Shown here: piece after piece, positions 13,100 to 25,548 of the stretch | How positions within the stretch are numbered: position 1 is the stretch's first letter | Layout: each line of letters begins with the position of its first letter | NCBI GenBank assembly: GCA_951406725.2 | Contig: OX597814.1 | Coordinates: forward strand, 8,742,001-8,806,000 | DNA: 64,000 bases | Direction: 5' to 3' | Source of the DNA: Octopus vulgaris | Lineage: Eukaryota | Notes under the pieces: model-generated | The model's input: only the letters and a program-made list of their open reading frames with translations | Database searches by the model: none | What the model was told of the DNA's origin: nothing | Program-made: the position numbers and the translations under genes

Positions 13100-13280
13100 A
13101 GAAAATTAACATGTTCATGCATACATACACGATGAGCTTCTTTCAGTTTCTATCAACGAAATCTACTCCCAAGGCTTTGGCCAACCACAGACCTATAACA
13201 GAAGACACTTGTCCAAAATGCTGTGAGTGGAATTGAACCTGAAACCATGTGATCAAGAAGCAAGCTTCTCAACCACCTAT
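13100..13280 (-). mobile_element. tRNA-derived CORE-type SINE
   Basis: The reverse complement matches the SINE heads at 46580, 48710 and 49060 (GGTTCAATTCCAC box B; CAAAGCCTTG.GAGT.GATTT; GAAACTGAAAGAAGC). Confidence 0.7.
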
Positions 13281-13324
13281 GTATCTAAAAGGAAACATTA
13301 CCTATAAAAAATGGTATTACTAAC

Positions 13325-14821
13325 CTTTCTGCACAATGGCTGCAGCAACTCCTCCTCTGTGTTCCAGTCTGCCATTTGCAGCATTAACAATAGCATCTGT
13401 GTCCAGAGTCGTGATGTCACCTTCCCTCAACACTATTTCACAGTTCTTATAATTAACGTTAACTATTTCTTTTGTTTCACTTCCTAAAGCTGGATATAAT
13501 TTTTTACTCTCAGATTTCATCTGCTTTTCCCATGAGAAATTGTTTCCTTCTTCAGTTTTCTGGGCTTCTTTTGAACTGATATCTTTTCTTAAATTTTCTA
13601 TAAATATCTCCATTTTCATAAGTTGCTCTTGTGTTCCTTCCAGGTGTAACTTATTATCTTTGAGACACACATTCTTAATTTTATTTTTCTCACCAAAGTC
13701 ATTGATTTCCTGTTCTATGAACTCTTTAAGAAAGAGGAAATGTTCAAGAGGCATCGATATATAAGATTCGTAAATTAAAGATTGCTCAAATTTATCAATT
13801 TTGCTTTTTATATCATTAACTACAGCATCAATAGCAACAATAGAATTTTCTCCAATAAAACAGAAATCTGGAAACTCTTCTTTTAGACTTTCAACAAATG
13901 TCATCCACTTTCCATAATTTGGAGTATCCTTAATTTTGGCTACAAAATCCAGTGTATTGGCAACAAAAGTTTCTTTCATGATTTCTTCCAAAAGTGAAAG
14001 ATGTGTTTTATCACTTGCATAAAGTATTACTGAATCACCATCACCCGTTTCCCATGAACCGATACATTTCTTGTTTCTCAGTTTTTCATCAAGATATTCT
14101 GTTTTATTATTTATGATTATTCCAGTATTTAAAGGCAAAGGCAATTCAGATTTTACAATTGACCGAAGAATTTCATACATATTATTTTGACAATTAGCTA
14201 CTTTGGAATACTGGCCTTCAAAAATAACTTTGTTACTTTCAGCTTTGACTTTTAGACCTTCAAATTGTCTTTCTGCCTGCTCAAAAAATCTGAGACCAGA
14301 TAGAATACGTCTTTCATGAATACTTAAATCATCCTCACGTTCAGTTCTAAGATTATCCAAAAGTCTGTTTTTCATTTTAATCACGTTACTTTTATCGAAT
14401 CCAAGAATATGAGCTTGGGAATTTTGGATATCAAAATAAAAATACATCTTATCCTCTTCACTTTTAAATGTTCCAGCAACGTCTTCAAACATATCATCTG
14501 GAACATCAATAGTTTCAACAGTAATGGAATTTAATAAATCTTTCAAACACTGTTCAATTTCCTCAAGATTTTCTTTGGAATATTTCAATTTCAGTTTATT
14601 ATTCTTGGAATTTTTCCAAAGAACTTCAGCCCATTTCTTTAATTGGTCATTAACTATGTTTTTATGTTTCTTTAAGAAAGTCAGATGGAACTTGGAAGGT
14701 AGTAAATAGTCATGGACTTGCTGGCTTGAAATGGTATTTTCTTCAGATGGTTCCCAGAATGGTTGGACATCTAACTTCACACCTTCCAGTCGATGTTGCA
14801 TTCTACAAACATCCAGCACAA
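13325..14821 (-). CDS. PARP14: Large coding exon of a PARP14-like mono-ADP-ribosyltransferase (RRM end, KH-like region, start of first macrodomain)
   Basis: About 499 open codons end in the macrodomain motif IVLREGDITTLDTDAIVNAANGRLEHRGGVAAAIVQKG. The acceptor is ttttag|TT at 14821 and the donor is G|gttagt at 13325, both phase 1. Orthology is inferred from domain order. Confidence 0.85.
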
Positions 14822-15038
14822 CTAAAATTATGAAAAAGTAAAAAGATAAAATCATTTCATTGGTGAGGGATTAGGGGTGAACTGGGGAGTTCAGTGGGTA
14901 AAGACAGAAAAGCATTTGAAGACAAAGTTATATGTTATTATTATAATAAATTAGCAAACAGAAAAATATAATCAACATTTAACTGATACTAAGTAAACAC
15001 TATCTCCATTAATTATAATAAATACTAGAAACATCACA

Positions 15039-15810
15039 GGAATGGTTTCAAATTTTGGCACAAGGCCAGCAATTTCAGGAGAGTGGCTAAGTCAATTACA
15101 TCAACCCCAGTGCTTAACTGGTACTTATTTTTTTGACCATAAACATTACTGGAATGTTGGTTTCAAATTTTGGCACAAGGCCAGCAATTTCAGGAGGGTG
15201 ACTAAGTCAATTACATCAACCCCAGTGCTTAACTGGTACTTATTTTATTGACCATAAAGATCAATGGAATTTTGGTTTCAAATTTTGGCACAAGGCCAGC
15301 AATTTCAGGAGGGTGACTAAGTCAATTACATCAACCCCAGTGCTTAACTGGTACTTATTTTATTGACCATAAACATCACTGGAATGTTGGTTTCAAATTT
15401 TGGCACAAGGCCAGCAATTTCAGGAGGGTGACTAAGTCAATTACATCAACCCCAGTGCTTAACTGGTACTTATTTTATTGACCATAAACATCACTGGAAT
15501 GTTGGTTTCAAATTTTGGCACAAGGCCAGCAATTTCAGGAGGGTGACTAAGTCAATTACATCAACCCCAGTGCTTAACTGGTACTTATTTTATTGACCAT
15601 AAACATCACTGGAATGTTGGTTTCAAATTTTGGCACTAGGCCAGCAATTTCAGGAGAGTGGCTAAGTCAATTACATTGACTCCATTGCTAATGCAGTAGG
15701 ATAAAAACATAGTCGTCCCTGGTTGAATTTGAAATTTGAGTGTAATGATGGCTGAAATGCCGCTCGCCATTTCGTCCAACATGCTAACAATTCTGCCAGC
15801 TCCTCACCAT
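15039..15810 (-). repeat. Five to six tandem 115-bp copies of a SINE 3' segment, followed by the SINE head remnant
   Basis: GGAATGTTGGTTTCAAATTTTGGCACAAGG recurs at 15151, 15266, 15381, 15496 and 15611. The unit matches the body of the 41640-41865 SINE family. Confidence 0.85.
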
Positions 15811-16377
15811 AATCACTGAAATAATAAGAACCATCATCATCAGTTAACATCTGTTGTCCATGCTGGCGTGTGTTGGACAGTTTAACCGGGCCTGCTAGGC
15901 TGGAAAGCTACACCAGACTCCAGTCTGATTTGGAGTGGTTTTCTACAGATGGATGCTTTGCAATAGTCAACCTATGTCATGCTCAAGTTTGCAGTTCCCG
16001 ATAATTAGATTATTAATTAAGAGCTCATCCTTCATTCCCTGGCACCTCTTACAGTACCCTTTTTGTTCAATGGGTAGCAGCCAACTTATTTCCAAATATC
16101 TCTACAGTTCACCTGCCAAATCAAAAGATGACATAAAAACAAACATCCACCTAAATGCAACACAACCAGAGCACATCAAAATACTACACATCTCACAAAG
16201 TCTACACATCACACTAAAAGGCATTTTCCCCAGTGTGTTTGGTAAATGCCAAAAATACCTCATAAAGAAACTGTATTGGGATCTCCTTGACGAGAAACCA
16301 AAGGAGGAGAAAGCAAAAACTTTCGAGCAGGTAGTTACCCTCTGTTCCTTTCATTGGTGTCTTAATTCACTAGGATT

Positions 16378-19300
16378 ATGATCAAGATTGGTTGTGTAAA
16401 TGCGCGTGGCTTGAGGTTCCCTTGGAAACAAGGGTACCTCTCAAATGACATAAAGTCACACAAGTTAGAAATCATAGCCATAAGTGAGACCAGACTCCAT
16501 AATCCACAGGCCCTAAAGTTCATGTTTCGCAGACAGTTTAACATTTATTTTTCTCCCTGTCTGCTGAGAATGGGCAGTAGTTGTACTGCGGTACTTTTTT
16601 GCAAGAGTATGGATCTCGAAGTAAAAACAATATTCATAGACCTGGACGGTACACTAGTCATCCTAGATGTCAACAGCAGCAATGGGTGTGCTTTTCGAAT
16701 TGTATCAGTCTACGCACTGCCTTTAACAGGTTGGCCAGATTTCTTTCGATGTCTAGAAGTATTCCTAGGAACATCTTGTCCTTTACATTTAGTGGGAGAT
16801 TGGAATGCTACCTTGGACACACATGTAGACTACGTGGGCAGAGATAGGAATAGAAGGGTATGCAAATGCCTCAGGGACCTGCTCAGACGCTTTCAACTGT
16901 CTGACAGATACCAACTTGACCACCCAAATGCGCCAATGTGGACATGGAGCAACTGCATCAGGTCGTCGAGATCGTATCTAGATAGGATACTGTGGAGAAC
17001 AGTAGATAGAGATAGCGTAGGATGTCCACAATTCCACATAGTCAGCTACACGGATCACAAACTTGCAACATGTATGCTAGACTTAGGTAAGTCACATAGG
17101 CCGGGTCCCGGGTATTGGAAACTAAACGCGTTTTACCCATCGAGAGAGGTTTTCAGAGACCGGATTAGCACGCTAGTAAAGAAGGCATTGAAAGGAGCCA
17201 CCATCAACAACAAATGGTGGTTTGCCCTCAAGAGAGCAATAAAAGTAGGAGAGATTAGGTATAGCAAAGCACTAGCCATAGATAGAAACAGAGTAGAGGG
17301 TGACCTAGTTAAGAAGTTAGAAAAGCCAATAAGAAGCGGCATTGTATCCGACGTTTTGGCAGCGAGGTTGGTCCTCGACCAACACTTCAATACCAAACAT
17401 GAAGGGTGTGTCGTCAGAACTAGGATGCATACTCTATGGAACGAAGGTGTTTGAGTCGCACAAGAGGCCGGGGTGGTGGAGGTGCAAAAGGGCAACAAAC
17501 CCACCGTTCGGTCTCTGGTAGATGAACAGAGGCGCGAATTACTTGAGCCAAGTAAAATGTGTGAGGCTTTTCAACAGCATTTTGCCCAACTGTTCGGGAT
17601 GAGTGGCAGGCAAGAATGCAAGGTGGACTTCAGTGCCTACCTACACAGCCTGCCATGGTGCCATCATGGCGATGGAAGTGCAGGATGTGATGGCAGAATG
17701 CTCGAGGAACAAATCGATGGGTTTGGATGGTCTGCTCTACGAGCTTTACAGTTGTATGCCAGACTTGTTTGGAGACGTCTTGGCAGCGGTGTACTGCAAC
17801 TGGCAGCAAAATGGGAGCATCCCCGGTTTTGTGAGCCGAGGATCTGTAACACTGCTTAAGAAAAATCCAAACAAGGGGGATGTAATAGATAACTTTAGGC
17901 CCATCACCCTACTCAATGCAGACTTGAAAATTTTGGCCAAGGTGTTAGCCAAGAGGTTGGCGCTTGTCATCGAGAAACTGATCAACAAGGCATAAATGTA
18001 CGCCGTACCGGGCTGGAGCATCCATGACATCCTCCATCTGATGCACTACATCATAGACAGGGTAGTTAAGGAACCTGGCATGGGTGGGGCCCTGATCAAT
18101 TTGGATTAATCAAAAGCTTTCGATAGGGTAGACTATCGATACTTGGAGGCTGTCCTCAGAGCGGCTGGTTTTGGTCCCGTCTTCTGCAGCTGGATAGCTG
18201 CTTTGTACAGAGGCATCCATTCGGTAGTTCGCGTAAATGGACAGCTATTGAGACCTTTCGACATTACACGTTCGGTCTGTCAGGGATGCCCCCTCTTGTC
18301 GCTTCTCTACGCATTGACTCTTGAGCCATTATTGCGGAAGCTGGCAACTCTGAGGGGCATCCCGTGAGAATAGGGATGTGGGACAAGCGTGTCTGCATAC
18401 GTGGATTACGTCACCATTATAGTGTCTAGCTAGAAGCACATCGAGCTGGTTGGAGAGGCACTAAAAGACTATGAAGTGGTAAAGGGAGCATAAATCAACC
18501 AGGAAAAGCCAGTGGGTTTGTAGCTCAGCACTTGGAGGAGCAAGCCCATGCCATCCAAAAGCGCCTCCATCGTGGGATGCTGGACTGATGGTCCGGTTGA
18601 GCCGCTTGGGGTCTGGTTTCGTCTGGACCTCCAAATGGAGAAGAACTGGGATGAGATAATGAGTAGGGTGGTCACTCTTGCCTGACAGTGGGCTGAAAGG
18701 AATCTGTCCCTAGGTTGAGCGGAGGTGGCAAACATGTACATTGCGTCCATCATCTACTACCGCCTGACTGTCATGCCTTGTCTCAACCCTACCATCACCA
18801 AACTAGAACGCATTCTCTTCTGCTTCTTGTGGAAAGGATGCCTCCTGATATCAGGTGATTCATTTGCTGTCAACACCCATTAAAACAAGGACTGGGCATG
18901 ACACATGCTGAGAATGTGAACTGCAGTCGTGGATCAAAAAGAGGCCGAGGAAGGGCGAATAGCACCGCGAGTGTTGCATTGCTCTCAAGCAACTCTGCCA
19001 TCCTGGGTTGACCTTCAGCGACTTCAACACAACCAAAGCATTCTATAGGGGATTAGTGGAGGGGAGGTATAATGATGATCTTGGAGCGAACCTGGGCATT
19101 GACAAGGAATACCTGACCCGCCTGTTCAAGATGACTTTCGGGCCGGGACCTATGGACAACTTCCAGGGATCCCTGACCTGGCAGTGTTATCAAGAAGCGC
19201 TACCTGTTCAGGATAAGCTCTACAGGATTGGCTCGAGAAACACGGGGCCGACCTGTCCAAGATGTGGTCAGAGTGACGAAACCGTCCTGCACGCACTCGT

Positions 19301-19915
19301 AGTGTCCAACCATTTCCGACCTGTGTTCTTATGTCGAACGACTGCTATCGTGTGTGGGACAAGTCAGTTAATCAACCAAGTCTATCATGAATATTGTCAT
19401 GCCTCCTTTGTTGCAATGGGAAGGAAGAGCCATTTTCATCGTACTTGTGGCTATGGAAAAAGAATGTATATGGTGGATGCATCTGAAAGGTCTTTCCTCT
19501 CTGGTCAATCTCTCATCAACTTCTTCAAATATCACTTGAAGTGGAAAGTGAGAGCAGAGAGTGAAGTGTGGTCGAGTGAATGTTTAAAAAAAAGAAATGG
19601 GTGAATGTACCAAGGATGGCATGTGTGAATGACAGAGCCAGCTTGAGCATAATCCTATGAACCAAAAAGAAAAAAGAAATACGAAAGGAAAAAAGAGAGT
19701 CAGTTACTGTAATGTGTTTTCTTTTTGCATGACACTATTGACCAAGGTTCCCGTGGTCTTTTCCGTAGGCTTTTCTATCCACAGACAAACCTAATCTGTT
19801 TTCCCCTTTTACATTGACATTTCTGTGATACACGATTCCTATTGATCAGCCCAACTATCTTCTTTTTTAATTAATCCCGTTTGATCAAAATTCGACCCCC
19901 TTTTCTTTTTCTCAC
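16378..19915 (+). mobile_element. L1/Tx1-clade LINE ORF2 (APE, RT, zinc knuckle), frameshifted, with 3' UTR
   Basis: APE motifs IGCVNARGL, LVGDWNA, SYLDRI and TDHK; GPGYWKLN; RT motifs NFRPITLLNADLKILAK, KAFDRVD and QGCPL; zinc knuckle CPRCGQSDETVLHAL. Confidence 0.9.
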
Positions 19916-19918
19916 GAT

Positions 19919-19949
<31 letters not shown>

Positions 19950-20055
19950 GTGACGCATATTTGCCATTTGAATATGGCTAACCCCTAAGGGTGGATGCTA
20001 CTGTAGTTTGTAACCCTTAGGGGTTAGCCATATTCAAATGGCAAATATGCGTCAC
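19950..20055. repeat. Perfect hairpin with 43-bp arms and a 20-nt loop
   Basis: GTGACGCATATTTGCCATTTGAATATGGCTAACCCCTAAGGGT has its exact reverse complement at 20013-20055. Confidence 0.95.
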
Positions 20056-20098
20056 GATGTGTTACCGCTACTGTTTATAACTCGCTCTGAGATTTATC

Positions 20099-20135
<37 letters not shown>

Positions 20136-20151
20136 ATATATATACATATAT

Positions 20152-21810
20152 ATATGTAAACTGTTGTATTGATTTCAGTTCGGTACCACAGATAGTGATG
20201 TGGGGTGGGTGGTATTCCTCTTGGGGTGTAGGTTGGTGAAGTACCTCCGTCTTCTTGAGGCTGACCTCCAGGCCAAAGATCCGCAAGGCATCTGCAAAGC
20301 AGGACATGATGCGCTGCAGAACTCGTTCTGTGTGGGCGACAAGGACAGCGTCATCTGCGAAGAGAAGGTCTCAGATCAACCTCCCCTGGGTCTTGGTGTG
20401 GGCTTGGAGGCGCCGTAGAATGAAGAGACTGCCATCCAGAGATACCCAACATACACCCCATCCTCATCCTCCATATCTTCAGTTGCATGCTTGATCATCA
20501 TGCTGAAGAAGATGCTGAAGAGAGTCGGTGCCAGGACACAACCCTGCTTCACGCAGTTGGAAATGGGGGAGGGCTCCGACAGGTCAGGATTGAGTCTGAT
20601 CTGACCACACTGATTCTTGTGCAGCTGGATCACCATCTGTAGAAACTTGGTGGGACAGCCAAGTCGTTCCAGGATGAGCCATAGTCTTGTCCTGCTCACT
20701 GTGTCAAATGCTGTTGTAAGGTTGACGAAAGTAGCATAGAGTCCCCTGTTTTGTTCTCAGCACTTCTCCTTGAGTTGGCAGAGGACGAACACCATATCCG
20801 TTGTGCCTCTTTTGGCTCTGAAGCCACACTGGCTCTCAGGGAAATTTTCTTCAGCGATGGTTGGTACTAGCCTATTGAGCAGGATCCTGGCAAGTACTTT
20901 GCCGGCAATGGAGTGTAGGGTGATTCCCCGGTAGTTGGAGCAGTCAGACTTTTCACCCTTGTTCTTGTACAGAGTTATGATTACTATCTGCGGTACCAAA
21001 CTGAAATCAATACAGCAGTTTATATACCTGGGCTGCATCATCTCACCCAATGTAAGGATCGACAAGGAAATTGACAATAGACTTTCTAAGACAAATAGCT
21101 CCTTTGGCAGATTGTACAAACATGTTTGGCACAATGGTGGCCTGAAGAACAAAACAAAGATCAGTGTCTACAGGGCCATGGTTCTCACTACTCTTCTCTA
21201 TGGCTCAGAGACCTGGATCACTTACCGTAGTCACATCCGTCTCCTCGAGCGCTTCCACCAGTGATGTCTCCGCACCATCCTCAACATTCACTGGAGTGAC
21301 TTAGTCACAAACATGGAAGACTTGGAGCAGGCCAAGATCCCCAGCATTGAAGCTATGCTATTGAAGTCCCACCTCCGATGGGCAGGGCATGTCTCCAGAA
21401 TGGGGAACCATCGTCTTCCAAAGATTGCCCTGTTTGGCGAACTATCCACCAGCCACCGAGTGAGAGGAGCTCCAAGGAAGCACTACAAAGACTGCCTCAA
21501 GAAGTCTCTAACAGCATGTCATATTAACCACCAATGCTGGTCAGACCTGGCTGCGGACCGTGATGTCTAGCGCCACACAATCTTCAACGCAGTCAGCAAG
21601 TTTGAGGAACAAAGAAGAGACGCGCTTAAAGACAAGAGATGCAGGAGGAAAGCGCGAACTGCTTCTGACACCACACCGGATGTTACCTTCGACTGTGGAC
21701 ACTGCTGACGGACCTGCCTTTCCCATATCAGACTTGTCAGTCATGAGCGTGCATGCACGCGACGTGGACAGCCTTCCTGATCTTCGTTCGTGAAGCCGAG
21801 CCATGATGAA
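20152..21810. mobile_element. RTE-clade LINE with a 5' inversion (20152 to ~20980 minus; ~20980 to 21810 plus)
   Basis: The minus part encodes YKNKGEKSDCSNYRGI, PESQCGFR, KQGCVLAPTLF and GLEVSLKKTEV. The plus part encodes FIYLG, LLYGSETW, LRWAGHVSRM and a terminal zinc finger, then an ATGATGA tail. Confidence 0.88.
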
Positions 21811-21837
21811 ATATATATATATATATATATATATATG

Positions 21838-22158
21838 TCTGGCCCCGTGTCGGTGGCACGTAAAAGCACCATCCGTTCGTGTCCATTGCCAGCATCGCCT
21901 GGCCCCTTGCCGGTGACACGTAAAAGCACCATCCGTTCATGGCCGTTCGCCAGCTCTGTCTGGCACCTGTGCAGGTGGCATGTAAAAAACACCCACTACA
22001 CTCGCGGAGTGGTTGGCGTTAGGAAGGGCATCCAGCCGTAGAAACACTGCCAGATCTGACTGGGCCTGACGAAGCCTTCCAGCTTCACAGACCCCAGTTG
22101 ACCCGTCCAACCCATGCTAGCATGGAAAGCGGACGCTAAACGATGATGATGATGATGA

Positions 22159-22161
<3 letters not shown>
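21838..22161 (+). mobile_element. 3' end of the RTE-tail repeat family ending in (GAT)n
   Basis: GGTTGGCGTTAGGAAGGGCATCCAG...CCAACCCATGCTAGCATGGAAAGCGGACGCTAAAC(GAT)n. Reverse copies lie at 23700, 32020, 35750, 36670, 37850 and 39700. Confidence 0.8.
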
Positions 22162-22208
<47 letters not shown>

Positions 22209-22419
22209 CACACATACATATATACATATATATGTATATATAAATATATATACATACATACATACATATATACATACATATATACATACATATATACATA
22301 TATACATACATATATACATACATATATACATACATACATATATACATACATATATACATGCATATATACATGCATATATACATACATACATACATACATA
22401 TACATACATACATATATAC

Positions 22420-22465
<46 letters not shown>

Positions 22466-22674
22466 TAATAAATAAATAAAACATATGCATATATACATAC
22501 ATATATGTACGTACCTACCTCTACATGTATATATACATGCATATATGGGTACAGGACACCAAAAAAACGTCGAACACAATGAGAAACGAAAGCATAAACA
22601 CAAAACCAAGGAAATGGACATTTTTTTAAAACAATGTAAAAATAGAGTACAGGACATACAAAAAAAGGAAAATT

Positions 22675-22737
22675 CCCCTTCTTCAGTCGCCTTAATTTCA
22701 TCTACTCCACGTTTCGAAGGTCAAGGCGATACATGAC
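22675..22737 (-). ncRNA. Candidate non-circularly permuted (pseudoknotted) hammerhead ribozyme with an intact core
   Basis: RNA reads UCAU-GUA^-UCGCCUUGA-CCUUC-GAAA-CGUGG-AGUAGAUGAAA-UUAAGGCGA-CUGAAGA-AGGGG. Predicted cleavage is between 22730 and 22729. Confidence 0.68.
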
Positions 22738-23213
22738 TTCAATGAAAATTTCCTTCCCACGAAAATCAAATTAAATAAAATTTGAGATTTTTTTGTGGAG
22801 GGGTAAAAATAGTAACAAAAACAAGACAGTAACGACAGTAGAAAAATATAAACAGTAAAAGACAGGACACGGAGAATAACAGTAACACAAACAAGAAGGG
22901 CTGTTAAGCCAAACGAGATGAACAATTTTTACAAACGCTATTGTTTGAGAACAGCAGAGCAACAGATTTTACCGTCTCTACTTGAAGGAGGCCAGGAGAG
23001 GAAAGACAGAAATAGCTATCTCATCACGTGACCGTGACGGGATGGAGGAGGAGGAGTAAGAGAAAGGGAGAGAAAAAAGGGAATGGTTGTAGAGAAAAGA
23101 ATGAAGAATGAGAGAGAGAGGGAGAGACAGTAAGGTAGAAGAAAAGGAAAGCCAAAAGAATGAAGGCTGAGAAAGGGAGGGGAGAGAAAGGTTAAGAGTG
23201 CGCATCATTATTA

Positions 23214-23318
23214 ATATTAAGAACAATCTTACTTAGAAATGGATGCGTGCATTCCATCATATAATAAATTAATGACGGAACGCACGCATCCATTTCTAAG
23301 TAAGATTGTTCTTAATAT
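23214..23318. repeat. Hairpin with 47-bp arms (2 mismatches) and an 11-nt loop
   Basis: ATATTAAGAACAATCTTACTTAGAAATGGATGCGTGCATTCCATCAT has its reverse complement at 23272-23318. Confidence 0.93.
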
Positions 23319-23334
23319 ATATATATATGCATGT

Positions 23335-23376
<42 letters not shown>

Positions 23377-23663
23377 TCATCATCATCATCATTTAACGTC
23401 CGTTCTCCATGCTAGCATGGATATATATATATATATACACATATATATACATACATATATATATATATACCCATGCTAGCATGGAAAACGGACGCTAAAC
23501 GACGATGATGATGATATATATATATATATATATACACACACATATATGTATGTATATATAAGTGTGTATATATATATGTATATATATATACACATATATA
23601 TACATACATATATATGTATATATATATATATATACATACAAACATATATATGTATGTATATAT

Positions 23664-23664
<1 letters not shown>

Positions 23665-23699
<35 letters not shown>

Positions 23700-24097
23700 G
23701 TTTAACGCCTGCTTTCCATGCTAGCATGGGTTGGACGGTTCAACTGGAGTCTGGCAAGCCCGAAGGCTGCACCAGGCCAGTCAGATCTGGCAGTGTTTCT
23801 ACAGCTGGATGCCCTTCCTAACGCCAACCACTCCGAGAGTGTAGTGGGTGATTTTATGTGCTACCGACACAGATGCCAGACGAGGCTGACAGACGGCCAC
23901 GCTCGGATGGTGTTTTTTATGTGCCACCGACACAGGTGCCAGATGAGGCTGGCAGACGGCCACGCTCGGATGGTGTTTTTTATGTGCCACCGACACAGGT
24001 GCCAGACGAGGCTGGCAGACGGCCACGCTCGGATGGTGTTTTCTTATGTGTTACCGGCACAGGTGCCAGACGAGGCTGGCGAACGGCCACGCTCGGA

Positions 24098-24100
<3 letters not shown>
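23665..24100 (-). mobile_element. RTE-tail repeat family copy with about four tandem ~61-bp modules
   Basis: A (CAT)n tail and the shared core are followed by repeats of GTGCCACCGACACAGGTGCCAGACGAGGCTGGCAGACGGCCACGCTCGGATGGTGTTTTT. Confidence 0.8.
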
Positions 24101-24148
<48 letters not shown>

Positions 24149-24149
24149 C

Positions 24150-24202
<53 letters not shown>

Positions 24203-24279
24203 TAATCCAAACAAGAAAGCACAAAAAAACACAACAACAAATATAGTATTATTAGACGCTCAGGAAAGAAGGATATATA

Positions 24280-25548
24280 CGAGGGGCGTTCAATAAGTAA
24301 TGCCTCTGACCCACTTGCAGTTGTTTGATCTAGCTGAAATTTTGCATGTACACTTATTTATACATCTATAGATTAAGTGGCGAATTACAGCTCTGAACGA
24401 ATTGTGGTTTCTGATTTACAGGTGTTTGAACTGAGTCAAGTGTGAAATGGAGCCTGTTGAGTGTCGAGCAGTGATCTGGTTTTGGTATTTGAAAGGACGC
24501 ACACCATGGGAGACTTTTGATGAAATGAAAGTAACTTATGGTGATGATGCTCCATCATATGACCTTGTAAAACGCTGGCATTGTGAATTCAAACATAGTC
24601 GGAACTCTGTGGAAACAGCTCCCAGATCTGGTCGCCCCCTTCTGCCGTTGATGAGACGTCTGTCCATCAAGTTGAGGCTGCCATTTTGGAAGGTCAACGC
24701 ATAACTATTCGCCAAATAGCCCATAAGGTCAAGATTAATACCGGGTCTGTGGCAACTATCATTCATGACCATTTGCATATGCAAAACGTGTCTGCCACAT
24801 GGATTTCCAGGTTGCTCACACCTTTCCAGAAGCAAGAACGCGTTGAGTGCTCGAGGATGAATTTGGAGATGTGCCAAGAAGATGAGTCAAAATTTTTCAA
24901 AAGACTGATCACACAGGATAAAACCTGGGTCCATCACTATGATCCATAGACCAAAGCCCAGTCAATGCAGTGAAAGCACCGTGACTCACCTCCTCCAAAG
25001 AAGGCAAGGGTGCAGCCCTCTGCTGACAGGGTTATGCTCACAGTCTTCTGGGACCAGGACGGAGTAGTGATGACAGATTTCCTGGCAAAGGGTACCACAA
25101 TTACAGGAGCCTATTATGCTTCACTTTTGAGGAAATTAAGAGAAGCTATCGAAATCAAGAGGCGGGGCAAGATCAGCAAAGGCGTCCTCCCCCTGCAGGA
25201 CAACGCTCCGGTCCACAACTCGCGTGTCGCCAGATCAGAAGCACAGGCGTGCAGCTATGAACTCCTCCCCTTGCACCCTCTGATTTTCACCTCTTCCCAG
25301 CCATGAAGTTGATTTTGAAAGGAAAGCGTTTCCCAGATGATGCAGCCTTGATTTCTGAAGTCACGTCGTGGTTGGAGGACCAAGCTGGGGTCTTCTACAA
25401 AAACGGTCTCCAGAGCTGTATCAAACGATGGGAGAAATGCATAACTCTGGATAGTTCCTATGTAGGAAAAGACTAATAACTGTGCCAAGTGTCGTTGCTC
25501 TACTGCTAAGGGAAGTGGGTCAGGGGCATTACTTATTGAACGCCCCTC

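Larger units (their letters stand above)
22545..23318 (-). mobile_element. Dispersed repeat, copy 2 (PLE pLTR-like), with a permuted hammerhead and a terminal fold-back
   Basis: Homologous to 8380-8760 and ends in a hairpin with 47-bp arms at 23214-23318. Confidence 0.7.

Noticed and set aside
14822-14855. Hydrophobic signal-peptide-like start of the 511-aa ORF
   Set aside because: It is the intronic polypyrimidine tract upstream of the acceptor.
15039-15680. CRISPR-like array (the arrays at 75-1760 and 39680-41443 were also considered)
   Set aside because: There are no unique spacers and no cas genes, and the context is eukaryotic.
21996-23700. YI/VC/HT-rich ORFs here and at 32300-32700, 41340-42480 and 53000-53930
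   Set aside because: They are translations of TA/CA microsatellites.
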